64,000 bases of DNA from an uncultured Alphaproteobacteria bacterium. Lineage in GTDB: Bacteria > Pseudomonadota > Alphaproteobacteria > Rhizobiales > Xanthobacteraceae. The position numbers and the translations under genes are program-made. The notes under the pieces were generated by a model, which saw nothing but the letters and a program-made list of their open reading frames with translations, had not been told where the DNA came from and searched no databases. Location of the stretch: contig CAVSPX010000003.1 in NCBI GenBank assembly GCA_963729965.1, positions 15,917 through 79,916 on the forward strand. Reading direction: 5' to 3'. Positions 1-8,822 of the stretch are shown in pieces (position 1 is the stretch's first letter; each line of letters starts with the position of its first letter).

Positions 1-460
1 GCTCCGGCCGGTCGGTCGCGGCGGCGAGCCGCGTGATCGAGATCGACGAGGTGTTGGTGCCGACGATCGCCTCGGGTTTGAGCGCCGGGCACAGCGTGGC
101 GAACACCTTGCGCTTGACGTCTTCCTTTTCGGTCGCCGCCTCGATGACGAGATCGCAGTCGCCGAGTTCGTCGACACTCTTGGCCGCCGTGATGTGCTTG
201 AGCGCGGTCTGGCGCTGTTCCTCGCTGATGCGCTGGCGGCTCACCTGGCGCGCCAGGTTGCCGCTGATCGTGGCCAGTCCTTCGGTAATCCGCTCGGGCG
301 CGATATCGTTGAGCATCACGTGCAGGCCGGACAAAGCACAGACATGAGCAATGCCGTTGCCCATCTGGCCGGCGCCGACTACGCCGATCTTGCGAATCGG
401 ATGCAGTGTCTGTTCCGTTCGCGCGGATCGCGCCACCGGCCGCTCCCTGACGTCGCTCAT
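1..460 (-). CDS. hbd: 3-hydroxybutyryl-CoA dehydrogenase, N-terminal part (gene continues past the window start)
   Basis: My minus-strand translation gives ...IRKIGVVGAGQMGNGIAHVCALSGLHVMLNDI...DLVIEAATEKEDVKRKVF...GTNTSSISITRLA, a Rossmann GxGxxG plus typical Hbd motifs. ATG at complement 458-460; the true start may lie further downstream. Not in the ORF track because it runs off the edge. Confidence 0.8.
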   Translation of the reverse strand, partial: MSDVRERPVARSARTEQTLHPIRKIGVVGAGQMGNGIAHVCALSGLHVMLNDIAPERITEGLATISGNLARQVSRQRISEEQRQTALKHITAAKSVDELGDCDLVIEAATEKEDVKRKVFATLCPALKPEAIVGTNTSSISITRLAAATDRPE

Positions 461-530
461 GCCCCGGTGCCTCTTTTACGACGATCCGCCACGATGTTCC
501 ACACGGCGGCGCGCCAAAATTCGCCTATGG

Positions 531-1475
531 TCAACGCTTCACCTTGCCGAGCTCTGTCGCCAGTTCCGGCAACACCTGGTAGAGATCGGCGACAAGGCCG
601 TAATCGGCGACCTGAAAGATCGGCGCCTCCTCGTCCTTGTTGATGGCGACGATCACCTTCGAATCCTTCATCCCGGCGAGATGCTGAATGGCGCCGGAAA
701 TGCCGACGGCGATGTAGAGCTCCGGCGCCACCACCTTGCCGGTCTGACCGACCTGCCAGTCGTTCGGCGCGTAGCCGGCATCGACCGCCGCGCGCGACGC
801 GCCGACCGCCGCGCCGAGCTTGTCGGCCACCGGCTCTATATACTTGGTGAAGTTCTCCCGACTTTGCATCGCCCGGCCGCCGGAAATGATGATCTTGGCC
901 GAGGTCAGTTCCGGCCGCTCCGACTTCGACAGTTCCTCGCCGGCGAACTGCGACAGGCCCGGATCGGGGGCGCCGGCAACCGTCTCGATCGGCGCCGAGC
1001 CGCCCATACCGGTCGGCTGGAACGCCGCGGTGCGGATGGTGAGCACTTTCTTGGCGTCGGTAGAACGCACCGTCTGGATCGCGTTGCCCGCATAGATCGG
1101 CCGTTCGAACGTGTCCGGCCCCACCACTTTGCTGACGTCGGAGATCTGCATGACGTCGAGCAATGCCGCGACCCGCGGCATATAGTTTTTGCCCGCCGTG
1201 GTGGCCGGCGCCACGATCGCCTCGTAGGGACCGGCCAACGATACGACCAGCGCGGCGACCGGTTCGGCCAGCATGTGCGCGTAGGCCGGCGCCTCGGCGA
1301 GCAGCACCTTGGCGACGCCGTCGAGTTTCGCAGCGGCTTCCGCCACGGGCCGGCAGCCCTGCCCCGCGACCAGCACATGCACTTCGGCGCCAATCGCCGT
1401 GGCGGCGGACAGCGCCTTGTTGGTCGCATCCTTCAGCGAAGCGTTGTCGTGTTCGGCGATCAGAAGAGTTGGCAT
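531..1475 (-). CDS. etfA: electron transfer flavoprotein alpha subunit
   Basis: 314-aa ORF. MPTLLIAEHDN..., C-terminal FAD-binding block PELYIAVGISGAIQHLAGMKDSKVIVAINKDEEAPIF. Confidence 0.95.
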   Translation of the reverse strand: MPTLLIAEHDNASLKDATNKALSAATAIGAEVHVLVAGQGCRPVAEAAAKLDGVAKVLLAEAPAYAHMLAEPVAALVVSLAGPYEAIVAPATTAGKNYMPRVAALLDVMQISDVSKVVGPDTFERPIYAGNAIQTVRSTDAKKVLTIRTAAFQPTGMGGSAPIETVAGAPDPGLSQFAGEELSKSERPELTSAKIIISGGRAMQSRENFTKYIEPVADKLGAAVGASRAAVDAGYAPNDWQVGQTGKVVAPELYIAVGISGAIQHLAGMKDSKVIVAINKDEEAPIFQVADYGLVADLYQVLPELATELGKVKR

Positions 1476-1493
1476 CAGATTTTCCGTTGACGC

Positions 1494-1593
1494 GTCATTC
1501 CGGAGTGCGGACCCAGTCCGCGAACCCGGAATCCATATTCGCTGACCTGTGGTTATGGATTCCGGATAGCCGCTGCGCGGCTGCCGGAATGAC
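1494..1593. repeat. about 100-bp inverted-repeat element (GTCATTCCGG...CCGGAATGAC), REP/MITE-like, in the etfB-etfA spacer
   Basis: Terminal inverted repeats gtcattccgg / ccggaatgac. The core cccggaatccatattcgctgacctgtgGttatggattccgga recurs almost identically at 5146-5190. Confidence 0.8.
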
Positions 1594-1613
1594 GTTTAAA
1601 TTGATAGGCGCCA

Positions 1614-2363
1614 TCAGATCGCCCCCGCCTCGTTTCTCAGCTTATCGATAAGCTCGGCGACGGTCTTGACCTTGACGCCGGCCTTGCGCGTGGGCGGTTC
1701 CGAGGTTTTGACGACTTCGAGCCTCGGCTTGACGTCGACGCCGTAATCGGCAGGCGTCTTTTCGTCGATCGGCTTCTTCTTCGCCCGCATGATGTTGGGC
1801 AGCGATGCGTAGCGCGGCTCGTTGAGACGCAGATCGGTAGTGACGATTGCCGGCATTTTCAGTTTCACGGTCTGCAGCCCGCCGTCGACCTCGCGGGTCA
1901 CCGCGAGCGCGTCGCCGTCGAGCGCGACCTTGGAGGCAAAGGTGCCCTGCGGCCAGCCAAGCAGCGCCGCCAGCATCTGGCCGGTCTGATTGCAGTCGTC
2001 GTCGATCGCCTGTTTGCCGAGGATGATCAGCCCCGGCTGTTCGGTAGCCGCGATGGCTTTGAGGATCTTCGCCACGGCGAGCGGCTCGATCGGCCCGTCG
2101 GCCTTGACCAGGATGCCGCGATCGGCGCCCATCGCCAGCGCGGTGCGGATGGTCTCGGTGGCCTGCTGCGGACCGATCGATACGGCGACGATCTCGGTGG
2201 CCTTTCCGGCTTCCTTGAGCCGGATCGCCTCCTCGACGGCGATCTCGTCGAACGGGTTCATGGACATCTTGACATTGGAAAGCTCGACACCCGAGCCGTC
2301 AGCCTTGACGCGGATTTTTACGTCTTTGTCGATCGCCCGCTTCACGGGCACCAGTATTTTCAT
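1614..2363 (-). CDS. etfB: electron transfer flavoprotein beta subunit
   Basis: Within ORF 1614..2669, the conserved start [19 protein letters not shown] lies at complement 2361-2363, giving 249 aa. The upstream 102 aa of the track ORF are R/P/A-rich and non-protein-like. Confidence 0.95.
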   Translation of the reverse strand: MKILVPVKRAIDKDVKIRVKADGSGVELSNVKMSMNPFDEIAVEEAIRLKEAGKATEIVAVSIGPQQATETIRTALAMGADRGILVKADGPIEPLAVAKILKAIAATEQPGLIILGKQAIDDDCNQTGQMLAALLGWPQGTFASKVALDGDALAVTREVDGGLQTVKLKMPAIVTTDLRLNEPRYASLPNIMRAKKKPIDEKTPADYGVDVKPRLEVVKTSEPPTRKAGVKVKTVAELIDKLRNEAGAI

Positions 2364-2439
2364 GGGGTTTCTGCCTGCCGCTCGGTCAATTGCCGGCCAT
2401 GCTGCGGTGCGGGAACCTAATGGCCGTGACGGCGCAGTG

Positions 2440-3186
2440 TCAACGTGGCGGGACCGGCGGCGGCAGGTGGCCGCCATAACCGTGCCGTTCGGCGGTCTCC
2501 GGTTGCAGCGCCTGCGGCCGCGTGCACTCGAACAAGCGGGTGCCCGGCGGCCGCAGCAACAAGAACAGCGCGGCGCCGGTGGCGAGGCCGCCGACATGGG
2601 CCCAGTAGGCAATACCGTCCTGGTTGCGGTTCGTCGCCTCGACGACCTGCCAGATGGCCCAGCCGCCAATCACCCAGAACGCTCGCAGCCGCAGCGGGAT
2701 GAGACCGAGGAGCACGGTCACCTTCTCGCACGGGCGGTACATCAGATAGGCGGCGATGACGCCGGCGACCGAGCCGGAAGCACCAATCAACAGGATGGGG
2801 GTGCCCGATGCGCTGATCACAAAGGCGAGCCCGGCGCCGACCCCGCAGGCGAGATAAAACAACAGAAAGCGCCAATGACCGAGCAGTTCCTCGATGTCGT
2901 CGCCGAACACGAACAGAAAGATCATGTTGCCGAAGACATGCATGAAGTTGGCGTGCAGAAACTGATACGTGATCAGGGTCACCGGCGCCGGCAATCCGCC
3001 CCCGGCCGGCGCCCAAGCGAATGCGGCCGGAATCAAGCCAACAAGCCGATCCGCCTGCTCAATCTGCTGCGGATCGCCACCGGCCTGCAGGAAGAAAACG
3101 ACGAAGTTGATGGCGATCAGCGACCACATCACGTAAGGCGGACTGGGCCACTTGAACGGATTGTGGTCCCAGATCGGCATCACCAT
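2440..3186 (-). CDS. rhomboid family intramembrane serine protease
   Basis: 248 aa, multi-TM. Motifs [19 protein letters not shown] (catalytic Ser) and [10 protein letters not shown] (catalytic His). Confidence 0.9.
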   Translation of the reverse strand: MVMPIWDHNPFKWPSPPYVMWSLIAINFVVFFLQAGGDPQQIEQADRLVGLIPAAFAWAPAGGGLPAPVTLITYQFLHANFMHVFGNMIFLFVFGDDIEELLGHWRFLLFYLACGVGAGLAFVISASGTPILLIGASGSVAGVIAAYLMYRPCEKVTVLLGLIPLRLRAFWVIGGWAIWQVVEATNRNQDGIAYWAHVGGLATGAALFLLLRPPGTRLFECTRPQALQPETAERHGYGGHLPPPVPPR

Positions 3187-3230
3187 GGCCTGCCCCCAAA
3201 TCCGTCAGCCAAATCCACCCGCGGTCGCGG

Positions 3231-3812
3231 TCAACGATTGCGGCCCGGCGCCCACAGCACGTCGCGCGCGCCTTTGTCGTTGGCGTAGCGGCTGGCGACG
3301 AACAGAAAATCGGACAGGCGATTGAGATATTTCAGGACGGCGGGAGTGACAGTTTCGCCCGGCTGATCGTTCAGCTCCGCAACCAGCCGCTCGCCGCGCC
3401 GGCACACGGTGCGGGCAAGATGCAGATACGTGGCGGCGGGGGTGCCGCCCGGCAGCACGAACGACCGCAACGGCGCAAGCTCGGCATTGAGTCGATCGAT
3501 CTCGCTTTCGAGCCAGTTCACTTGCTGATCGGTGGCGGTCAGCCGCGCGCCGCCGGGCCCTTTGCCCTGCCCGGGCATGGTGAGATCGGCACCGAGGTCG
3601 AACAGATCGTTCTGGATACGCGCCAGTGCGGCATCGAGCGCGGCGTCGTCCGCCGTATGCAGCCGGGCGATGCCGAGCGCGGCATTAGTCTCATCGAGTG
3701 TGCCGTAGGCGGCGACGCGCAGATCGTATTTCTTGCGCCGCTCGCCGGTACCGAGCGCCGTGGTGCCATCGTCTCCGGTGCGGGTGTAGATGCGGTTTAG
3801 GACGACCATCAT
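3231..3812 (-). CDS. pduO: ATP:cob(I)alamin adenosyltransferase, PduO type
   Basis: 193 aa. N-terminus VLNRIYTRTGDDGTTALGTGERRKKYDLRVAAYGTLDETNAALG is the PduO-type signature. Confidence 0.9.
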   Translation of the reverse strand: MMVVLNRIYTRTGDDGTTALGTGERRKKYDLRVAAYGTLDETNAALGIARLHTADDAALDAALARIQNDLFDLGADLTMPGQGKGPGGARLTATDQQVNWLESEIDRLNAELAPLRSFVLPGGTPAATYLHLARTVCRRGERLVAELNDQPGETVTPAVLKYLNRLSDFLFVASRYANDKGARDVLWAPGRNR

Positions 3813-3968
3813 CGCCTCACGGGAACTAAGGACGTGCTCTGCGATGATATTCTAGACGGAGTCCGATCGCTTGTATTGATCGGATCGCGCGGCCGGCCGC
3901 GGGCCGCCGCTATCGGAACCTGTGCGCGAGGCCACGCGGACCTCACGGCGCAGAAATTGCTGCTGCGT

Positions 3969-4655
3969 TCAAAAAGCGAAGGTCCGCATGATGGCGAGTC
4001 TGATCAGGTTCTCGCTCGGAGCCCATTGGGCGCTTGTGGAGCCTGGAAAGGAAATACCCGACAAGCCGGGCCAGACGAATTCATATTCGCCGCGCATGCG
4101 CCAATTCTGCGCGAACTGCCATTCCCAACCAACCGCAACCACCCCGCCCCAATCGGTGCCATTGTCGATGATGCCGGTCGGGCTTGTGGTCGTCCTGTAG
4201 GCATTTTCGGCGCCGCCGGCGGCGTATACCGACCACTGATCATCGAGCATGTAGCCGACACGAACGCGGGTATCCCATTCGTACGGGATATTATACTTGT
4301 AACCCAGCTGCGAGCCTTTCACTTGACCGTAAACGGCCGACGTATCCATGCCAAGGAAGGTGTGCGACGCGAACACAATATCGCAGCCACCCAGGAGACC
4401 GCCGCGGCCGCCGTCGGCGAAGCTGTCCTGATCGACGCCCGAACTCGGCACGTTGTAAAAAGTCGGATGGCTGTCGACGCCTTCGCCGATCACGCCGGCG
4501 TAACACTCCAAGTGCCGCGGCGGAGCGGGGGGCACATAGGCGGCGGCGGTCTGCGGCGCACTCAGCGGCCCGGCGGGCAAATCAGCGGCGCCGGCACGCA
4601 ACGGAGCCAGCAGCGCTGCTGCACAAATCGCGATCGGTACAAAAGCTACCCGCAT
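3969..4655 (-). CDS. outer-membrane beta-barrel (porin-family/OmpW-like) protein
   Basis: Signal peptide MRVAFVPIAICAAALLAPLRAGAADL, alternating aromatic beta-strand pattern, C-terminal ...RTFAF. Start chosen at the internal Met of ORF 3969..4733. Confidence 0.75.
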   Translation of the reverse strand: MRVAFVPIAICAAALLAPLRAGAADLPAGPLSAPQTAAAYVPPAPPRHLECYAGVIGEGVDSHPTFYNVPSSGVDQDSFADGGRGGLLGGCDIVFASHTFLGMDTSAVYGQVKGSQLGYKYNIPYEWDTRVRVGYMLDDQWSVYAAGGAENAYRTTTSPTGIIDNGTDWGGVVAVGWEWQFAQNWRMRGEYEFVWPGLSGISFPGSTSAQWAPSENLIRLAIMRTFAF

Positions 4656-4850
4656 CCCCACGCCCCCCGCAAAGGCCCCTGTAGTGTTTACCTGCAAAGC
4701 GGCCGATGCCGCAAGGCGGCGCGCGGCAGACATCCGCTGGAACCGTTAACAGAAGTGGGAATAGCGGCAAGAGGGCCACCCTTTTGTTGCAGAATCAACA
4801 CAGGCCCGGGAAAAACGCCGGCGGACGGCATGCGTCCGCTCAGTTTCGGG

Positions 4851-5045
4851 TCAACGCCCCATGATCCAGATCGCGAGCATGATGACCACAATGGCAATGA
4901 ACTGCAGCAGGACGCGCAGCCGCATCAGCTTCTGCGAAGTCCAGGGCGAGCCGCCGCGCATCATGTTGATGAGGCCGAGCAACAGCACCAGGGCGACGGC
5001 GCCGACCGCGATCGGGACCGCGACATGCGACATGAAATATGACAT
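4851..5045 (-). CDS. twin-transmembrane-helix small protein (HIG1-domain like)
   Basis: 64 aa with two TM helices separated by MMRGGSPWTSQKLMRLRV. Typical alphaproteobacterial HIG1-type small protein. Confidence 0.7.
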   Translation of the reverse strand: MSYFMSHVAVPIAVGAVALVLLLGLINMMRGGSPWTSQKLMRLRVLLQFIAIVVIMLAIWIMGR

Positions 5046-5077
5046 CGGCGCAATCTATAGCGGGGCCTGAGCACCCT

Positions 5078-5216
5078 GTCATTCCGGAGCGCGGGCTTTA
5101 GCCCGGAAGCCACCGTCATTCCGGGGCGCGGACGAAGTCCGCGAGCCCGGAATCCATATTCGCTGACCTGTGATTATGGATTCCGGACTTGCCGCTGCGC
5201 GGCAATCCGGAATGAC
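5078..5216. repeat. one and a half copies of the GTCATTCCGG...CCGGAATGAC REP/MITE-like element
   Basis: A short unit at 5078-5114 and a full unit at 5115-5216. The core is near-identical to 1524-1570. Confidence 0.8.
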
Positions 5217-5266
5217 GCGGGCAAATCCATGGGCTAAGACAGCGCCGCAATCGCAGAGGACCCCTA

Positions 5267-6253
5267 ATGATTATCGACTTCCAGCACCATTTCACGCCGC
5301 GCGAGCTGATCAAGGACGACCCGGGCGACCGCCTGGTGCTCAATTACGACGCGCTGGGGGCGCCAAGCTACACGGTGCATTCGCTGCTCTACGATCTGGA
5401 CGAGCACGTCGCGATGATGGATCTGGCCGGCATCGACGCCGCCTGGCTGACCAGCGCGGCGGGCATGTGCGCCGATCTCGACACCTCGCGCTTGGTTAAC
5501 GACAAGGCGAAAAAAGCCGAGCGCGACTATCCGGGCCGCTTCATCGGCGCTGCGCATGCGCACCCGCTCGGTGGCGCCGCCGCGTTGAAGGAACTGGCGC
5601 GCTGCCGCCACGAACTTGGCTTCCAGGGCGTGACCATCTGCTCGGAATTCGACGGCAAATGGATCGACGATCCGGCCATCGAGCCGTTCTGGAACGAGGC
5701 CGAGAAGCTCGGCATGTTCGTGTTCGTGCACCCGGCGCTCAAGCTCAACAACGCGCAGCAGTTCGACGCCTACGACACCGCGCGCGGTGTCGGCCGCGAA
5801 TTCTCGCTGATCATGGCGACGATCCGGCTGATCAATTCCGGCGTGTTCGACCGCCACCCCGGCCTGACCGTGCACATGGCGCATCTGTCCGGCGGCATCG
5901 CCGGCATGCTGGCGCGCATCCGCTCGTTTCAGGACAAGACATTCTGGGGCACCGCCGGCAATCCGCGCCACGGCGTCACGCCGAAGCACGATTTCGATTA
6001 TTACATCCGCCACAATCTCGTCTTCGATACCGCGGGCTTCGCCGGCGGCATCGGCGCGGTCAAGGCGGGTCTGTGCGAAATTCCGTCAACCCGCATCGTG
6101 TTCGCCACCGACTACCCGCAGGAAATCCGCAAGCGCGAGATCGTCCGCGATTTCGTCAAGGAGATTCGCGCCCTCGGCCCGGACGGCGAGCGCATCCTTT
6201 CAGGCAACGTCGGGCTGTTGTTCAAGGAGCCGGCAGCGGCGGCAAAACGGTAA
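5267..6253 (+). CDS. amidohydrolase-2 family protein (ACMSD-like metal-dependent hydrolase/decarboxylase)
   Basis: 328 aa. MIIDFQHHFTP..., ...VFVHP..., C-terminal IVFATDYPQE, typical of the Amidohydro_2 family. Confidence 0.85.
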   Translation: MIIDFQHHFTPRELIKDDPGDRLVLNYDALGAPSYTVHSLLYDLDEHVAMMDLAGIDAAWLTSAAGMCADLDTSRLVNDKAKKAERDYPGRFIGAAHAHPLGGAAALKELARCRHELGFQGVTICSEFDGKWIDDPAIEPFWNEAEKLGMFVFVHPALKLNNAQQFDAYDTARGVGREFSLIMATIRLINSGVFDRHPGLTVHMAHLSGGIAGMLARIRSFQDKTFWGTAGNPRHGVTPKHDFDYYIRHNLVFDTAGFAGGIGAVKAGLCEIPSTRIVFATDYPQEIRKREIVRDFVKEIRALGPDGERILSGNVGLLFKEPAAAAKR

Positions 6254-6259
6254 TACCCG

Positions 6260-6592
6260 TCACGCGATTGCGTCGAGTCCTCTGGCCTTCACGATCGATA
6301 ACAGCTTGAGAGAGGGGCCACTCGGCCGCTTTTCGCCGCGCTCCCACTCGCTGACGAGCTTGGGCTTGACGTTCAGGTAGTGCGCAAACACCCCCTGGCT
6401 GACGCCCGCCTGCTTGCGGATCGCGACAATCTGCCTGGCCGATAAAGGTTCGACGGCGGTCAGGCACGAGGCATCGAACTCGCGCATGGTCGCTTTCTCG
6501 ATCAGACCGATGCGGTGCAGACCAGTGGCAGTTTCGTGAATGGCCGCCGACAAACGACTGCGGTATTTCGGCAAGCTTTTATTTTTGTTCAT
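6260..6592 (-). CDS. XRE/MqsA-type HTH antitoxin of a type II TA pair
   Basis: 110 aa. HTH ARQIVAIRKQAGVSQGVFAHYLNVKPKLVSEWERGEKRPSGPSLKLL. Overlaps the upstream toxin gene by 14 nt. Confidence 0.85.
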   Translation of the reverse strand: MNKNKSLPKYRSRLSAAIHETATGLHRIGLIEKATMREFDASCLTAVEPLSARQIVAIRKQAGVSQGVFAHYLNVKPKLVSEWERGEKRPSGPSLKLLSIVKARGLDAIA

Positions 6593-6983
6593 TGCACATC
6601 ACCTCTCTAAGCTCTTCCGCCGCAAGTGCCATTGCGATTTGCATGTCGCTAAAATCCAAATAGAGCCTTGCGAGCTTCCTAAAGCCGTCCAATTCGCGGT
6701 CGTCGATATTTTCACGCTCGCTTTTGGAAAAACCATAAAGAAACACGCTTCGTGATGAGGTCCGATAAGCAATCACGGTTCGATATCCGCCCGAGCGGCC
6801 GCCCCCTCGCCTGGCGACACGCTGCTTGATGAGACCAGTGCCCAGCGCAGCGTCAACCAGACCAGCTTCGGCGCGCGCGATAGCCTGACATAACCGTTCG
6901 TCATCAAGGCGCTCCTTGCGCGCAAAGCGCGCGAACACCTTGGTGACGAAGACCCTCAAAGCGCATTCCTCCAGATTGCGCAT
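6579..6983 (-). CDS. RelE/ParE-superfamily (HigB-2-like) type II toxin
   Basis: VFVTKVFARFARKERLDD...GLIKQRVARRGGGRSGGYRTVIAYRTSSRSVFLYGFSKSERENID. Toxin-first gene order with an overlapping antitoxin. ATG at complement 6981-6983 (the track starts one codon earlier at TTG). Confidence 0.8.
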   Translation of the reverse strand: MRNLEECALRVFVTKVFARFARKERLDDERLCQAIARAEAGLVDAALGTGLIKQRVARRGGGRSGGYRTVIAYRTSSRSVFLYGFSKSERENIDDRELDGFRKLARLYLDFSDMQIAMALAAEELREVMCNEQK

Positions 6984-6990
6984 CAAGTAT

Positions 6991-7002
6991 ACCCCTAGGG
7001 GT
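6991..7002. promoter_or_regulatory. perfect 12-bp palindrome ACCCCTAGGGGT immediately upstream of the toxin start (candidate TA operator)
   Basis: Read directly. It is embedded in the longer imperfect palindrome TATACCCCTAGGGGTTATA, 8 nt from the ATG. Confidence 0.35.
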
Positions 7003-7244
7003 TATAGTTCAAGACCCACACCGGGACTCCGTTGACCGATTTGTCCGCGGGATTGCTGTGGTGACGGCTTGCATCGGCCCGGCATTGACCGTCTCAGACA
7101 GCACGCCAATCCTCCCGGTGATCACCGTCATCGCGCCGGTCTTGCAAGACAGGCCGAAAACAAGCAAAGATTGTTTTCCGTTCGGGGTTCACGCGAGAAT
7201 CCCGATTGGGAGCTCGTGCAAAACGATGTGCGTGAGGCGATGTC

Positions 7245-8801
7245 ATGAACCGCCCTGCGAGCAATAGATTACGTGCTTGTGCACGCTACTGCGCGATACC
7301 GCTCTTCCTGGCCTGCGCGATCTTGCCGATGTCCACGGCCGCGCAGGAGGCTGCGCATGAGACGCAAGACTTTCGGGGCATCTATGTGGACAGCACGGCG
7401 TTCCCACTCGGCCAAGGCCAAGACCAGGTTCTCGCGGCCGCGATAAAGCAGTCCGGCGTTTGACGGTCTGGTCCTGGTTCTCGGCTGGCGTGACGTCGAA
7501 CCCGGTATCGGCTGCTTCGAATGGGTTCAAAGCTGTCTGTCCGGATCGCCGGAAACGCTCGATACGTGGATCGGCAAGGCCATCGCTGCCGGGAAAAACG
7601 TCGAGCTCTCGGTGAGGTCCGACCTCACCCCGGACTGGCTGTTCCACCAAGGCGGCGCCAGAGCTCTGCACTTCGCCTATTCGTCACAGGGAGGTACAAA
7701 CCCGTGCCAGCGCGAAACCCTCGCGGCACCATGGGATCCGCATTTTCTCGACCAGTGGTATCGGATGCTGGCCGCGTTGTCCGCGCATCTTCGCGAGACC
7801 TACGTGAACGGCAGAAGCGAATATGATGCGGTCAAGCTTCTTCGCCTCACCGGCGTCGACGAGGATAGCGACGAGTTGCACTTGCCGTCCAAGAATTGCG
7901 CAACGACAGATCCAAACTACATCGACAACATCAGGGCCTGGCATGCCGCCCGTTACACGCCGGCACGGCTGCTGTCCGGCTGGGACGGTATCGTCGAAGC
8001 ATTCAAGTCCAATTTCCCGGATAAAATATTCAGTGCGGCGATCATCGCCAGCACGTACCCGTTCCCGCCGATCGCAGACGACGGATCAGACATCACACCG
8101 ACATCCGATCTCGGTCGCGAACAGAATCTTCCGTTGCTCACCCTCGCCGACAGGCAGCTTCCGGGGCACCTCGTCATTCAGAATAACAGCCTGTACGAGG
8201 GCGTCCCCGCGCAACAAGAAACCATCGACTTCGCGTCGTCACTGGGGACGATGATTGCCTTTCAAACCAACCTGCAGTTACATGCCGACGGCGGTGCGGC
8301 ATGCATGAACGGCAATCCCCCGTTCCCTGCGCCACATCAGCTGATTTTCTTGCGCTGCTGAATACCGGCATCTATCCCAATCAGCAGTTGCGAGCGCAAT
8401 ATATCGAGGCCTTTGCGCCAAACATCATTGATAATAATCTCGCTGCCGCCATCCCCAAAGCGCACGATGAATTGGTGACGCCGCCTTTGGTAAGCCTGTC
8501 TTTTCCGAACCCGCCGGTATTGGTCGACCCGTGGTTCAATCGGGGAGAGGTGGGCCGCCTCAACGCCGAGTCGTTCACCGGCAGTCCGATCGTCAGCATT
8601 GATTGCCCGGACGCCATTGTGCCGCACATCGAAGGACTGGGAGAACCCGCCGCCACAGCGACTGTGACCGTGTCGGGACAAGGTGATCCGTTCATTGTGT
8701 CTTGTGTCGCGGTGGACGGAGCAAACAACGCCAGCCAGGCGTTCTATCCGCTGTGGAACGAAACCAGCCCGCCTCACAATGGCGGGCCCTGGCCGCATTG
8801 A
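7245..8801 (+). pseudogene. secreted glycoside-hydrolase-like (GH42/GH5-type TIM barrel) protein, interrupted by two frame changes
   Basis: Three consecutive ORFs (7245-7463, 7612-8361, 8301-8801) read as one protein. It has a signal peptide, then ...AAIKQSGV|DGLVLVLGWRDVEPGIGCFEW...TPDWLF..., then ...FPAPHQ|ADFLALLNTGIYP. Frame changes lie at about 7459-7463 (TTT run) and about 8335-8345. Confidence 0.7.
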
Positions 8802-8822
8802 CCGAGCAGGCAGGGACAAGCC

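Noticed and set aside
2364-2669. N-terminal extensions in the ORF track: etfB 1614-2669, GT87 genes 22281 and 23345, ubiD to 43939, LLM to 40520, DUF1036 to 18708, MMPL to 36467
   Set aside because: In each case the conserved family N-terminus begins at an internal Met with a plausible RBS. The upstream part is R/P/A-rich, overlaps a neighbouring gene or repeat, and matches nothing.
3889-3912. GC-rich palindrome GCGGCCGGCCGC downstream of the porin gene as an intrinsic terminator
   Set aside because: No U-tract follows it on the relevant (minus) strand, and the stem is short. The evidence is insufficient.
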